NCBI GenBank assembly: GCA_964291285.2
Contig: OZ219787.1
Span: 928,001-992,000 of the forward strand
Length of the DNA stretch: 64,000 bases
From: Alphaproteobacteria bacterium
Lineage (GTDB): Bacteria; Pseudomonadota; Alphaproteobacteria; Bin95
Reading direction: 5' to 3'
This document shows, piece after piece, positions 1-9,286 of the stretch. Every line of letters begins with the position of its first letter. Within the stretch, counting starts at the first letter, position 1. The position numbers and the translations under genes were made by a program. The notes below the pieces were generated by a model. It made no database searches. It was given only the letters and a program-made list of their open reading frames with translations, and was not told where the DNA came from.

Positions 1-725
1 GTGACGCCGGTGACATACTGGGCGAGGTCCGAGACCAGGAAGAGCACCGGGCCGGCGATGTCCTCCGGCGTGCCGTGGCGCCCCAGCGGGATATGCTGCA
101 TGAAACGCGCCAGCATTTCCGGCTTCTTCTGGATGCCGTCCTCGTTGATCGGCGTGAAGATGAGGCCGGGCGCCACGGCATTGACCCGGATGCCGAACGG
201 CCCGAGCTCCGCCGCCAGCCCCACGGTGAAGTTCTTCACCGCGCCCTTCGAGGTCGTATAGACGACCGAGTTGGGCGTGTGGACATGGGACTGGATCGAG
301 CCGGTATTGACGATCCGGCCCTTCGTTTCCTTCAGCTGCTCCAGGAAGGCGTGGGTCATGTAGAACAGGGCGTTCACATTGACCGCGATGGTATCCTCCC
401 AGTCCTGCCGCGCGGTGTTGGAGGAAAGCCCCGCCCGGCGCACGATGCCGGCATTGTTGAACAGGATCGAGGCGGGGCCGATCTCGATATGCACCCTGCC
501 GGCGAGCGCCTGGCAGGCGTCCGCATCGGTGACGTCCACCGGGTAGGCCCGCGCCGCCGGGCCGATTTCGCCGGCGACGGCCTCGGCCTTCGCGCCGTCC
601 ATATCCACGACCGCGACCCGCGCGCCCGCTTCCGCCAGCACATGCGCCGTGCCGCGGCCAATGCCGGAGCCGCCGCCGGTGATGACGGCGACATGGCCGT
701 CCAGCAGTCCCCTGGGAACGATCAT
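1..725 (-). CDS. SDR family oxidoreductase (3' end runs off the window)
   Basis: Minus strand from ATG 725 reads MIVPRGLLDGHVAVITGGGSGIG (TGxxxGIG), later NNAGI, YTTSKG (YxxxK) and VRVNAVAPG. ATGA overlap with the upstream SDR. Absent from the ORF track because there is no stop in the window. Confidence 0.9.
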   Translation of the reverse strand, partial: MIVPRGLLDGHVAVITGGGSGIGRGTAHVLAEAGARVAVVDMDGAKAEAVAGEIGPAARAYPVDVTDADACQALAGRVHIEIGPASILFNNAGIVRRAGLSSNTARQDWEDTIAVNVNALFYMTHAFLEQLKETKGRIVNTGSIQSHVHTPNSVVYTTSKGAVKNFTVGLAAELGPFGIRVNAVAPGLIFTPINEDGIQKKPEMLARFMQHIPLGRHGTPEDIAGPVLFLVSDLAQYVTGV

Positions 726-1513
726 CGCGCCGCCTCCTCGTCCACCGGGACCGTGTACATCAGCGGCAGCCGCCCGCCCTCGGCGTAGATCACCTGTCCG
801 GTGACGTAGGAGGACTCCTCGCTCGCGAGGAAGAGCGCGACGGAGGCGATCTCGTCGGGCTCGGCCGGGCGCCCGATGGGCGTGCGCGACAGCACCGTGC
901 GGCGCGCCTCCGGCGAGGAGAACACCATCTCCCGCATGAGTTCCGTGTTGGTGGAGCCGGGGCCGATGGCGTTGACGCGGATGCCCTTGTCGATGAGCGC
1001 GAGCGCCATGCCGGCCGTCATGTGGTTCACCGCCGCCTTGCTTGTGCAATAGGGAATCTGGGTGGGGATGACGCGCTTGCCGGCAATGGAGCCGATGGTG
1101 ACGATGGACCCGCCGCTTCCCTGCGCCACCATCTGGCGCGCGGCCGCCTGGACCGTCAGCATGACGCCGTTGACATTGACGCGCATCACCCGGTCGAAAT
1201 CGGCTTCCTCCAGATTGAGGAAATCCGCCTCGATGCCGATGCCGGCATTGGCGACCGCGATGTCGAGCCGGCCGTAGCGCTCGACGGCGAGCGCCACCAT
1301 GTCCCTGAGTTCGCCGGAGCGGGTCACGTCGCAGGCGGTCGCCGAGGCCACCGCCGCATCGTTCGAGATCGCGCGCGCGGCGGACTCGGCCCTAGCTCCG
1401 TCTATGTCGGAGAGCAGCACCTTCGCGCCCTCGCGCACGAAACGGTCGGCAATGGCCTTGCCGATCCCCTGTCCGGCTCCGGTGACGACGGCGACCTTGT
1501 TTTCCAGGCGCAT
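722..1513 (-). CDS. SDR family oxidoreductase (glucose 1-dehydrogenase/FabG-like)
   Basis: MRLENKVAVVTGAGQGIG, ANAGI, YCTSK, IRVNAIGPG, YVTGQVIYAEGG. Real start at 1513, inside the longer 780-aa ORF. Confidence 0.92.
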   Translation of the reverse strand: MRLENKVAVVTGAGQGIGKAIADRFVREGAKVLLSDIDGARAESAARAISNDAAVASATACDVTRSGELRDMVALAVERYGRLDIAVANAGIGIEADFLNLEEADFDRVMRVNVNGVMLTVQAAARQMVAQGSGGSIVTIGSIAGKRVIPTQIPYCTSKAAVNHMTAGMALALIDKGIRVNAIGPGSTNTELMREMVFSSPEARRTVLSRTPIGRPAEPDEIASVALFLASEESSYVTGQVIYAEGGRLPLMYTVPVDEEAAR

Positions 1514-1678
1514 GAGCGGCTCCTTCGGGCGGTGAATTTCTCGGGGCCGGCGCACTATAGCGGCGGCGCCCGGCGCAACAAAACCGCAGGCGAACCGCCC
1601 CGTTGCTGCCATAATGGCCGGGGGAGACTCGCCGGAGCGCCGGGTCCTCCGGCAGGCGGCAAGGGTGCGAGGCGGACC

Positions 1679-3661
1679 ATGCGCGACTCCGAGCCCGTAA
1701 TCGACCGGTCGCTGGAGGCGGTCTATCGGCAGGCCCGGGAAGCGGCCGGCGCGCCGATCTCCGAACGGGAAAGCTGGACCCTGGAACTTCTGGTCGGCGT
1801 TGACAGCGGGCTCGAAGCGCTGGATAGCGCGGAGCCGGCTTCCGACCTGCAGCAAATCGCCGAAGCGGTGGGGGACCGGACCGTCCGCCGCCATTCGGCC
1901 TCGTGCCATTCGGTCGGCGGCGACCTCGTCCGGGTTCTTCCGGCCTGGCTGCTGGAGGACAGGCGCAGCCGCCGGGAACGGAACATCTGCGTCGTTTCGG
2001 GCGCGTTCGCGGCCAGTCTCCACATAGCCGACGCGCTGACCACGAAACCGCTCCCGCCGAAACGGCTGCGCAATTTCGCGTTGCGCCGCCGCCGGCCGTC
2101 CGGACGCCGCCGCCGGCGGCTGGCGGAGGAGGCGCAAGTCCTCCTCGAATGCCTGCAACGGGTTCTCGGCGCGGTGCCGGAAAGCGCCCGTGTGCTCAGA
2201 CGGATGGCCGCATGCCCGGAGGAGGCGGAGCGCGCTGCGCTGACGGTATGGAACGGGTTCGTCGACGAATGCTGCAACAGGATGGGGCGGCAGGCCGTCA
2301 GGGCCGGACTGACCATGGAGGGGCTGGCGCTCCTCAGCCAGGGGCGCGACGGGGGCCGGGACCGGATGTGGTTCCAGGAACATTACCCCTGGGCTTTCGG
2401 GGCCGCTCTCGACAGCGGGGACGCGGAGCGGCTGCTCCACCGCATCGACGAGAACCGGGCCAATGCGCGCGCCGTGGCCGAGCGGCTGCTCTGCTGCCAG
2501 AGGCTCGAGGAATGCGAAAGCGCACGCCTCGTTGCAAGGCGGATGCCGAAATACCGCGCCGATCCGGCGTTGCTGCATGTTCTCGGACGGTATTCGTCGG
2601 AGCGCGACACCCGGTTCCGCGCCATCCTGCTGGAGGCGAACGCGCGCGACGAAGGCGAATTGCTGGCGCACCTCCTTCGCGACGGTGCGGCAACGCGCAG
2701 GCGCCTCGGCTTCGCCGCTCAGGCTGTACTCCGAACGGGCGCGACGGGGAGCGGCCTGAGTACGCGCTACGGGTGCGGGATGCTGGCGTTCCGCAGTTTC
2801 GCCTGGAGCCGCCACGAGCCGGACGCTGCCGATCCGGCGGTTCTGGTCGAAGGACTGGCCGCTGCCTCCGCCGACTGCCTGGCCGGCTTTGCGGCCTGCC
2901 ATCCGCCGGAGGAGACGGACGATCCGGATCAACCCGGGGGGCCGGACCCGGTCGACCGGGGCATCGCGGCCCTGACCGGCTTGCTGGACGGGGCGGAACG
3001 GCCCGAACTGACGGGGAGGCAATTGGTCGCCTTCGCCGAAGGGGCCGCGGCGCGCTGCGTCCATCGCATCCGCATTCTCGAACGCGCCGATATCGGCTCA
3101 GAATGGCCCGAGCCGCCCGGCTGGAAGGCACAGCCCCGAATTGCTGGAGCACGGTTCCTCGCGACTCCGGACGCTGTGCGCGCGGAAGGCAGCCGGATGC
3201 AGAACTGCCTGCGCTACGCCGAGGCCTATATTCACGGCTCTGCGCTGGGGCGCCTCATGCTGTTTTCGATCCGTGCGCCGGAGGAGGCTTCGCGGGCAAC
3301 GCTCAGCCTCGCATCCCTTGAGAGCCTCGACGACGACCGCATCCGGGTCGATGGATACCGGGTCTCCGAAATCCGCGGCGTCCGGAACGGGGAGCCCGAC
3401 CCGGCCTGCCTCGCCGTGGCGGAGCGGGTCGCAAGGGCCCTCAACGACAGTTGCCCCTTCATCCTGCCGCCGGAAGAGGCGCTTCGCCGGGCGGAGGTAC
3501 GCCGGGTGCTGAACGAACGCCGCAGCTACAACGAAGACCTCGCCGCCGCCGAGGAACGCTGGCGCGAACTCTACCTGCCGCTCCTGCCCAGGCGCTTCGC
3601 CGGCCTCTCGGCCCGGGAAGTCGTGGAGGACTGGATCCGGAAGCGGGCCGGGGACGCTTGA
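1679..3661 (+). CDS. Hypothetical protein with C-terminal PcfJ-like domain
   Basis: About 660 aa from MRDSEPVIDRS. C-terminal AVRAEGSRMQNCL..Y...LMLFSIR...ATLSL...EIRGVRN resembles the PcfJ motif EGxxMx(H/N)C. N-terminal part not recognised. Confidence 0.6.
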   Translation: MRDSEPVIDRSLEAVYRQAREAAGAPISERESWTLELLVGVDSGLEALDSAEPASDLQQIAEAVGDRTVRRHSASCHSVGGDLVRVLPAWLLEDRRSRRERNICVVSGAFAASLHIADALTTKPLPPKRLRNFALRRRRPSGRRRRRLAEEAQVLLECLQRVLGAVPESARVLRRMAACPEEAERAALTVWNGFVDECCNRMGRQAVRAGLTMEGLALLSQGRDGGRDRMWFQEHYPWAFGAALDSGDAERLLHRIDENRANARAVAERLLCCQRLEECESARLVARRMPKYRADPALLHVLGRYSSERDTRFRAILLEANARDEGELLAHLLRDGAATRRRLGFAAQAVLRTGATGSGLSTRYGCGMLAFRSFAWSRHEPDAADPAVLVEGLAAASADCLAGFAACHPPEETDDPDQPGGPDPVDRGIAALTGLLDGAERPELTGRQLVAFAEGAAARCVHRIRILERADIGSEWPEPPGWKAQPRIAGARFLATPDAVRAEGSRMQNCLRYAEAYIHGSALGRLMLFSIRAPEEASRATLSLASLESLDDDRIRVDGYRVSEIRGVRNGEPDPACLAVAERVARALNDSCPFILPPEEALRRAEVRRVLNERRSYNEDLAAAEERWRELYLPLLPRRFAGLSAREVVEDWIRKRAGDA

Positions 3662-3711
3662 CCGGGCACGCTCCCCCTGCCCATATCGCCGGGGCGGCGG
3701 CAGGAGGCGGC

Positions 3712-4425
3712 ATGGAGGATTTTTCGGGGTTGGGCCGGAAGCGGCTGGAGCGCATGGCCGCCGCCGGGCGCGAGGTGCGCGAGACGGTTCGTGCGCTGGC
3801 GAACACGGGCGACAATCCAGTCTCCGAGGTGCTGTGCCACCAGGACCCGTTCGAGGTCTGGGACCACTACCCGAAGGGCGACGTGTATGACTGGAAGACG
3901 CACAGCCAGTATTACTTCCACGCCCATCCGCCCTCCGAGAGCCGGTTCCCGGAGCACGGCCATTTCCACACCTTCCTCAGGCCCAAGGGCATGCCCGTGG
4001 GGGTGAAACCCGCGCCGGTGGACGGCTTTGCCATGCCGGAGGACCCGGACGATGCACTCAGCCACCTGGTCGCCATTTCGGTGGATGAGGACGGCCGGCC
4101 GCTGCGCCTGTTCACCACCAACCGCTGGGTCACGGGCGAGGTCTGGTACCGGGCCCGCGACGTGGTCCGCATGCTGGACCTGTTCAACATCGACCACGCC
4201 CAGCCCTCATGGCCCGCGAACCGCTGGGTGACGGCGATGGTAGCGCTCTTCCGCCCGCAGATCGAAACCCTGCTGCGCGAGCGCGACACCCGCATCGAAC
4301 TGCACGCCCGCTTCCGCCCCGACGGCGATGTTTACGAAGACCACGAGTTGGAAGTGGCCTCGGTGGCGGAAATCTCCGTGGACGAGCAGATCGAAGCCGT
4401 GGACGCGGCGCTCGCTGCCGCCTGA
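3712..4425 (+). CDS. His-rich conserved hypothetical protein (DUF6969-like)
   Basis: RBS AGGAGG before ATG 3712. Motifs WDHYPKGDVYD, QYYFHAH, EHGHFHTF, LFTTNRWVTGE. Confidence 0.7.
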   Translation: MEDFSGLGRKRLERMAAAGREVRETVRALANTGDNPVSEVLCHQDPFEVWDHYPKGDVYDWKTHSQYYFHAHPPSESRFPEHGHFHTFLRPKGMPVGVKPAPVDGFAMPEDPDDALSHLVAISVDEDGRPLRLFTTNRWVTGEVWYRARDVVRMLDLFNIDHAQPSWPANRWVTAMVALFRPQIETLLRERDTRIELHARFRPDGDVYEDHELEVASVAEISVDEQIEAVDAALAAA

Positions 4426-4460
4426 CAGGGGCGTCCGCGCTTGAGGGCAGGGTGACCGGT

Positions 4461-5609
4461 ATGACATCCCTGCATGACTGGCTGGTCGGGGCGGCGTGGG
4501 AGTGCGGGTCGCCGGGGGCGTTGACGGCGGCTTACGGGCAGGCGCTGAACGAAGCGGGCATTCCGGTCTGGCGGGTGCAGGTGGGGCTGCGCACGCTGCA
4601 TCCGCTGCTGGTGGCGGAAAACCACACCTGGCGGGCGGATGCGGACGGCGTCGAGGTCGCCTACGCCACCCGCGAGACGGTGAGTTCGGACGCCTTCCTG
4701 CGCAGCCCGCTGGCGCCGCTCTACGAGGGCGCGGGCGCCATACGCTGCCGCCTCGCGGGCGAGCATGCCGCGCTCGACTACCCGGTCCTGCACGACCTGG
4801 CGGCAGCGGGCGCGACCGACTATGCGGCGCTGCCGATGTCCTTTTCCGACGGCCAGCTGAACGCGGTGACCTTCGCGACGCGGGACGCCGCTGGATTCAC
4901 CACCGGGGCGCTCGGCCGGATCAGCGCATCGGTCGGGCTGCTCGGCCGGCTGTTCGAGGTCCATATCCTCCGGGCGACGGCGGGCACCCTGCTCGACACC
5001 TATCTCGGCAAACGCTCGGGGCGGCGGGTGCTCGACGGCTCGATCCGGCGCGGCGACGGGGAGGAGATCGAGGCGGCGGTCTGGTTCGCCGACCTGCGCG
5101 GCTCCACCGCCATGGCCGAACGGCTGCCGTGCGAACTCTATCTCGATGCGCTCAATACCTTCTTCGACGCGACGGCGGGCTCCGTGGCGGACCGGGGCGG
5201 GGAGGTGCTCAAGTTCATCGGCGACGCGGTGCTTGCGATTTTCCCGGTCGAGGGCGGCAGGCCGGACGCCTGCATGAGGGCGCTGGCGGCGGCCCGCGGC
5301 GCGCTCGCCCGCCTCGACGGGCTGAACGAATACCGAGACCCGGAATGGCCGGAGCTGCGCGCGGCGCTGGCGCTGCATCTGGGCGCGGTCAGTTTCGGCA
5401 ATATCGGCACGGCCGACCGGCTCGACTTCACCGCCATCGGGCCGGCGGTCAACGAGACCGCGCGCCTCGCCGAAGCCTGCAAGCAGGCCGGGCGGCCGCT
5501 GCTCGCCTCGCACGCCTTCGCGACGGCGCTGCCGGAGGCTTTCGCGCCGCTCGACCGCTTCCGGCTGCGCGGCGTCGCCGAAGCGATGCAGGTCTTCGTC
5601 CCGGTTTGA
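4461..5609 (+). CDS. Class III adenylate/guanylate cyclase domain protein
   Basis: WFADLRGST, GGEVLKFIGDAVLAIF, GNIGTADRLDFTAIGPAVNETARL. N-terminal GAF-like region (TLHPL). Confidence 0.9.
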   Translation: MTSLHDWLVGAAWECGSPGALTAAYGQALNEAGIPVWRVQVGLRTLHPLLVAENHTWRADADGVEVAYATRETVSSDAFLRSPLAPLYEGAGAIRCRLAGEHAALDYPVLHDLAAAGATDYAALPMSFSDGQLNAVTFATRDAAGFTTGALGRISASVGLLGRLFEVHILRATAGTLLDTYLGKRSGRRVLDGSIRRGDGEEIEAAVWFADLRGSTAMAERLPCELYLDALNTFFDATAGSVADRGGEVLKFIGDAVLAIFPVEGGRPDACMRALAAARGALARLDGLNEYRDPEWPELRAALALHLGAVSFGNIGTADRLDFTAIGPAVNETARLAEACKQAGRPLLASHAFATALPEAFAPLDRFRLRGVAEAMQVFVPV

Positions 5610-5673
5610 CCGGGTGTCTGGCGCAAAGCGGCAAATATGGCCAGGCGGCGGACCGTCGGGCATTATGTTGCCC

Positions 5674-5898
5674 ATGACTGCCAATCGGGGATTCACCGGG
5701 CTTGACCCGGAGGCGGGCGACGAAGCCGCCGCGACTGACCGGCCGGGCCGGGCCGCTACTGGACCCATGCCCCGCGACACGCTCGACAAGACCGGTCCCG
5801 AATGGGCGGCAGCCTATCGGAGGATGATGGAGCAGCTTGAGAAGGGCGCTTCGCTGGGCGGGCTGAGGATCGAGCGGGAAGACCTTTACGACCGGTAG
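5674..5898 (+). CDS. Small protein with antitoxin-like C-terminus; no cognate toxin adjacent
   Basis: Ends ...EQLEKGASLGGLRIEREDLYDR, a tail typical of antitoxins that precede PIN toxins. Start codon uncertain (5674 or 5768). Confidence 0.45.
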   Translation: MTANRGFTGLDPEAGDEAAATDRPGRAATGPMPRDTLDKTGPEWAAAYRRMMEQLEKGASLGGLRIEREDLYDR

Positions 5899-5917
5899 AG
5901 GCCGCCGCCCCGCGCCC

Positions 5918-6721
5918 TCAGCTTCCCGCGCCGATCAGCTCCGCGTAGGCGTCGTTCACCTCGTCGATGATCTCGTCGTGCATGACGCCCATGCAGGACC
6001 GGAAGCCGTAGAGCCTGACATTGCCCGCCGCGTTCACATGCTTGCAGTCGTCATAGGCGCTCTGCGCCATGGACTGCGCGCGGGGCGTCTCGCGTTCGGG
6101 CTCGGCCCCGGTCCATGCCTTGCGCCGTTCGCCGCGCGTGACCGGACGGTCGGCAGGCACGGCGTTCAGCACGTCGCGGACGATCCGGGTGGCGCCGACC
6201 TGGTCCGGATGCTCCTCGATCGTATAGAGGGCGGCCTGGCGCGCGGTCGTGGCGAGGAAGGCGAGGTCCTCTTCGTCCTGCGCCCGGGGGTCGCCCGCGA
6301 CCGCCTGCGGCACGAGCATGACCGGCTCGCTGACCTGGACCGAGAGGCGGATCACGCCGTATTCGCGCAGCACAGGCGCCGGCACGGTCAGCATGACGGC
6401 GGAGTGGTCGCGCTCCGCGGTCAGGATGGCGTTGCTCTCCAGCGGCAGCACGACCTGCCCGCCGTCCGCGCGGTGGCCGACCAGCCGGATGGCGCCCTGC
6501 TGGTCCGCCATCGCCAGAATGTTGTAGCGGTGGCCGAACTCGGGATTCGGGCGGTCGGGCTGCAGGCAGAAGGTGGTGATCTCCGCCCGGCAGGCCGCGC
6601 CCGCGCAGGCAAGATGCACCTCGCCGCTGCCCGCGGCCACCATCAGGGCCTGGGGCGCGGCGGCCGCCCCTCCGGCGGCAAGGGCGAAAGCGGCGGCGAG
6701 ACCGGGCAACAGGCGGCGCAT
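5918..6721 (-). CDS. Secreted Cys-containing hypothetical protein
   Basis: RBS AAGGAGG before ATG 6721. Signal peptide MRRLLPGLAAAFALAAGGAAA. Cys motif LACAGAACRAEITTFCLQ plus two C-terminal Cys. Confidence 0.7.
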   Translation of the reverse strand: MRRLLPGLAAAFALAAGGAAAAPQALMVAAGSGEVHLACAGAACRAEITTFCLQPDRPNPEFGHRYNILAMADQQGAIRLVGHRADGGQVVLPLESNAILTAERDHSAVMLTVPAPVLREYGVIRLSVQVSEPVMLVPQAVAGDPRAQDEEDLAFLATTARQAALYTIEEHPDQVGATRIVRDVLNAVPADRPVTRGERRKAWTGAEPERETPRAQSMAQSAYDDCKHVNAAGNVRLYGFRSCMGVMHDEIIDEVNDAYAELIGAGS

Positions 6722-6866
6722 GGGCTGGTTCCTCCTTCGTGCCTCCCGTCGGGCTGCGACAGGGCAAGCCATGCTGCGCCTCCGGCGGCGGCCCGTCAAC
6801 GCCGCATAGATCGCTTGTTCCTAAGGAAGCGCATCTACTCGGAACTCCAGCGTGGACCTATAGTAG

Positions 6867-7454
6867 TCAGTCCGTCCAGCCTTTTCTGCAGTCTCCGCTC
6901 CAATTGCGACCGAATTGGCGCCGGCTATTGTCGGGGTCAAGCTCATTTCGTCGCTCGAAAGCCCGGTGAATCCACTTCTTTATCCGTCGTGCTTTCTCGC
7001 GTTTCGGCCAGTCATGAATGACTGCAAAGGGATCGCTCGCTACTCCGAAAGGATCTTCATCATCGCAGTTATCTGCAAGTCTCGGTGGTATCCTGTAAGG
7101 AAAATATCTATTGGTTCCATAGTCGGGGTGATTCGGAAGCCGAATTCCCAACAAACCGCACCGGGGATTCTTCCGGGTATATCGTAATCCAGAACCTATT
7201 TCCCAATCGACATGTTTGCGTTGCCATGTGCAGGGACCAACTAGCACCACGATCACGGTTGCATCAGAAATGAACTCATCGCGAATCTTCTGACGTATGG
7301 TTCCCGTTTTCATATTACTGTCATTTATGTCTCCATCACGGACTGCTTTGTCAACAAGGTTATCTTCCATGATCTTCGCAAATATGTCTCTGTAGCGATC
7401 GTCATCATGATGAAAGCTAACGAAAACCTTGTGCCTTGGGATATTCTGATTCAT
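6867..7454 (-). CDS. TIR domain protein (ThsB / MTH538-like)
   Basis: HKVFVSFHH, IRQKIRDEFISDATVIVVLVG, RKHVDWEI (catalytic Glu), GLLGIRLP, IPPRLADN. Clearly lower GC than the flanks. Confidence 0.85.
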   Translation of the reverse strand: MNQNIPRHKVFVSFHHDDDRYRDIFAKIMEDNLVDKAVRDGDINDSNMKTGTIRQKIRDEFISDATVIVVLVGPCTWQRKHVDWEIGSGLRYTRKNPRCGLLGIRLPNHPDYGTNRYFPYRIPPRLADNCDDEDPFGVASDPFAVIHDWPKREKARRIKKWIHRAFERRNELDPDNSRRQFGRNWSGDCRKGWTD

Positions 7455-7936
7455 TGCTCCTGTCCTTGTTGTTCCATATCGGTTAAGTCCTCAACACCAG
7501 CGATGTCCGCCAGCATCCGGTTATAGTTTTGCAATTCCGCTTGCAAGGCTTTCAAGTCGTCGCGGAATTCGGCCCGTTTCCCAGCGTCGTCGAAATCTCC
7601 CTGGAGAGCCTCCAAGTGCCATTTTGCTGTGAACGGACGCACAATCTGGTTTAAGACCGGGATGGCGATCTTGCTGAACTGGATGGTTTGTCGCCCGCGT
7701 TGGCGCAGTATCCCGCGCGTTGTCGGGAATAGCGAGTAAACGCTGTCGAGCGCCGTTTTGTCGTCTCCGTGCTCCGAAGGCAGGGGCTGGGTCACGATCC
7801 TGGTCAGCATCTCGACATATAATTCCCATGCCGCATCCTTGTCGGCTTCTGAAAAGTCTATATTGGCCTCGAATATCGACGCATTGATCTTTATTGACCG
7901 TAGTTGGAATTTCCCGAACAAGTCCTTGAGATTCAT
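7451..7936 (-). CDS. Hypothetical protein, translationally coupled to the TIR gene
   Basis: 161 aa, RBS GAGGAG. Motifs AAWELYVEMLTRI, ALDSVYSLF, LNQIVRPFTAKWH. ATGA overlap with the TIR start. Low GC. Confidence 0.75.
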   Translation of the reverse strand: MNLKDLFGKFQLRSIKINASIFEANIDFSEADKDAAWELYVEMLTRIVTQPLPSEHGDDKTALDSVYSLFPTTRGILRQRGRQTIQFSKIAIPVLNQIVRPFTAKWHLEALQGDFDDAGKRAEFRDDLKALQAELQNYNRMLADIAGVEDLTDMEQQGQEQ

Positions 7937-7990
7937 TGCTTCAGCTCCTCGGAAGCAAGCAGCCTCCAGTTAGCCTGCTGCCGTGGTGTT

Positions 7991-9214
7991 TCAAGCCCCT
8001 AGCGACCCCCAGTCTATCGGCTTCGTGCGGTCCAGGCGGCGGTCCATGGCGGGCATCGGGTATTTCAGGCCGGTGGCGCAGTTGAAGAGGACCGAGCGCG
8101 CGCCGGAGGCGATCCGTCCCTCCGCCATGGCGCGTTTCCAGGCGGCGTAGGTAGCCGCACCTTCCGGGCAGAGCAGCAGGCCTTCCTCGCGCGCCATCTC
8201 CGCCTGCGCCTGCTCGATCTCGCTGTCGGGCACCGCCACCGCATACCCGCCGCTCTCGCGCACCGCGTCGAGGATCAGGAAATCGCCGAGCGCGGCCGGC
8301 ACGCGGATGCCCATGGCGACGGTCTCCGCGCCTTCCCAGCGCTCCGCATGGCGCTCGCCGCGCTCGAAGGCGCGCACGATGGGCTGGCAGCCTTCCGCCT
8401 GCACGGCGATCATCCGCGGGCGCTCCGGGCCGATCAGGCCGACCGCTTCCATCTCGGCGAACGCCTTCCACATGCCGATCAACCCGGTGCCGCCGCCGGT
8501 GGGGTAGAAGATCGCGTCGGGCAGGGTCCAGCCGAACTGCTCCGCCAGCTCCATGCCCATCGTCTTCTTGCCTTCGATCCGGTAGGGCTCCTTCAGGGTC
8601 GAGCAGTCGAACCAGCCCATCGCGTCGCGGCCCTCGCCGACGAGCTTGCCGCAATCGTCGATATAGCCGTTGACCCGCCAGACCTCCGCGCCCTGCAACG
8701 CGATCTCGCGCACATTCACTTCCGGCGTGTCGGCCGGGCAGAACACGAAGGCCTCCATGCCGGCCCGTCGGCAATAGGCGGCGAGCGCCGCGCCGGCATT
8801 GCCGTTGGTCGGCATGGCGATGCGTTTTACGCCCAGCTCCTTCGCCATCGAGACCGCCATCACCAGCCCGCGCGCCTTGAAGGAACCGGTCGGCAAGCGG
8901 CCCTCGTCCTTCACATAGAGGCCCTCGCCGGCGCGCGTGACGGCCACGAGCGGCGTCATCTCCTCGCCGAGGCTGACGATGTTCTCCAGCCGGCGCACGG
9001 GCAGCAGTTCGCGGTAGCGCCAGAGCGTCGGCGCGCGCTTCGCCAGCGCCTCCCGCGTGAGCGAGGCGGCCGCGCCCTCCAGGTCGTAGCGCACCAGAAG
9101 CGGCTTGCCGGCCGCCGACAGGTTGTGCAGCCGGTCGGCCTCCAGCCGCTCGCCGGTGTAGCCGCATTCCAGATGCGTCGCGAAACTGCGCGTGTCCGGT
9201 GCGTGCGCCTGCAT
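7991..9214 (-). CDS. thrC: Threonine synthase family PLP enzyme
   Basis: SLGEEMTPL, PTGSFKARG (PLP Lys), TNGNAGAALAAY, EGKKTMG, PTGGGTG, CPEGAA, FNCATGLKY. Confidence 0.85.
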   Translation of the reverse strand: MQAHAPDTRSFATHLECGYTGERLEADRLHNLSAAGKPLLVRYDLEGAAASLTREALAKRAPTLWRYRELLPVRRLENIVSLGEEMTPLVAVTRAGEGLYVKDEGRLPTGSFKARGLVMAVSMAKELGVKRIAMPTNGNAGAALAAYCRRAGMEAFVFCPADTPEVNVREIALQGAEVWRVNGYIDDCGKLVGEGRDAMGWFDCSTLKEPYRIEGKKTMGMELAEQFGWTLPDAIFYPTGGGTGLIGMWKAFAEMEAVGLIGPERPRMIAVQAEGCQPIVRAFERGERHAERWEGAETVAMGIRVPAALGDFLILDAVRESGGYAVAVPDSEIEQAQAEMAREEGLLLCPEGAATYAAWKRAMAEGRIASGARSVLFNCATGLKYPMPAMDRRLDRTKPIDWGSLGA

Positions 9215-9286
9215 CGCCCCCTCCCTTGCGTCGATGGCCGAGCATTAGCAGATTCCGGACCCGACGCCACCGGAAGGAATGCCCCC

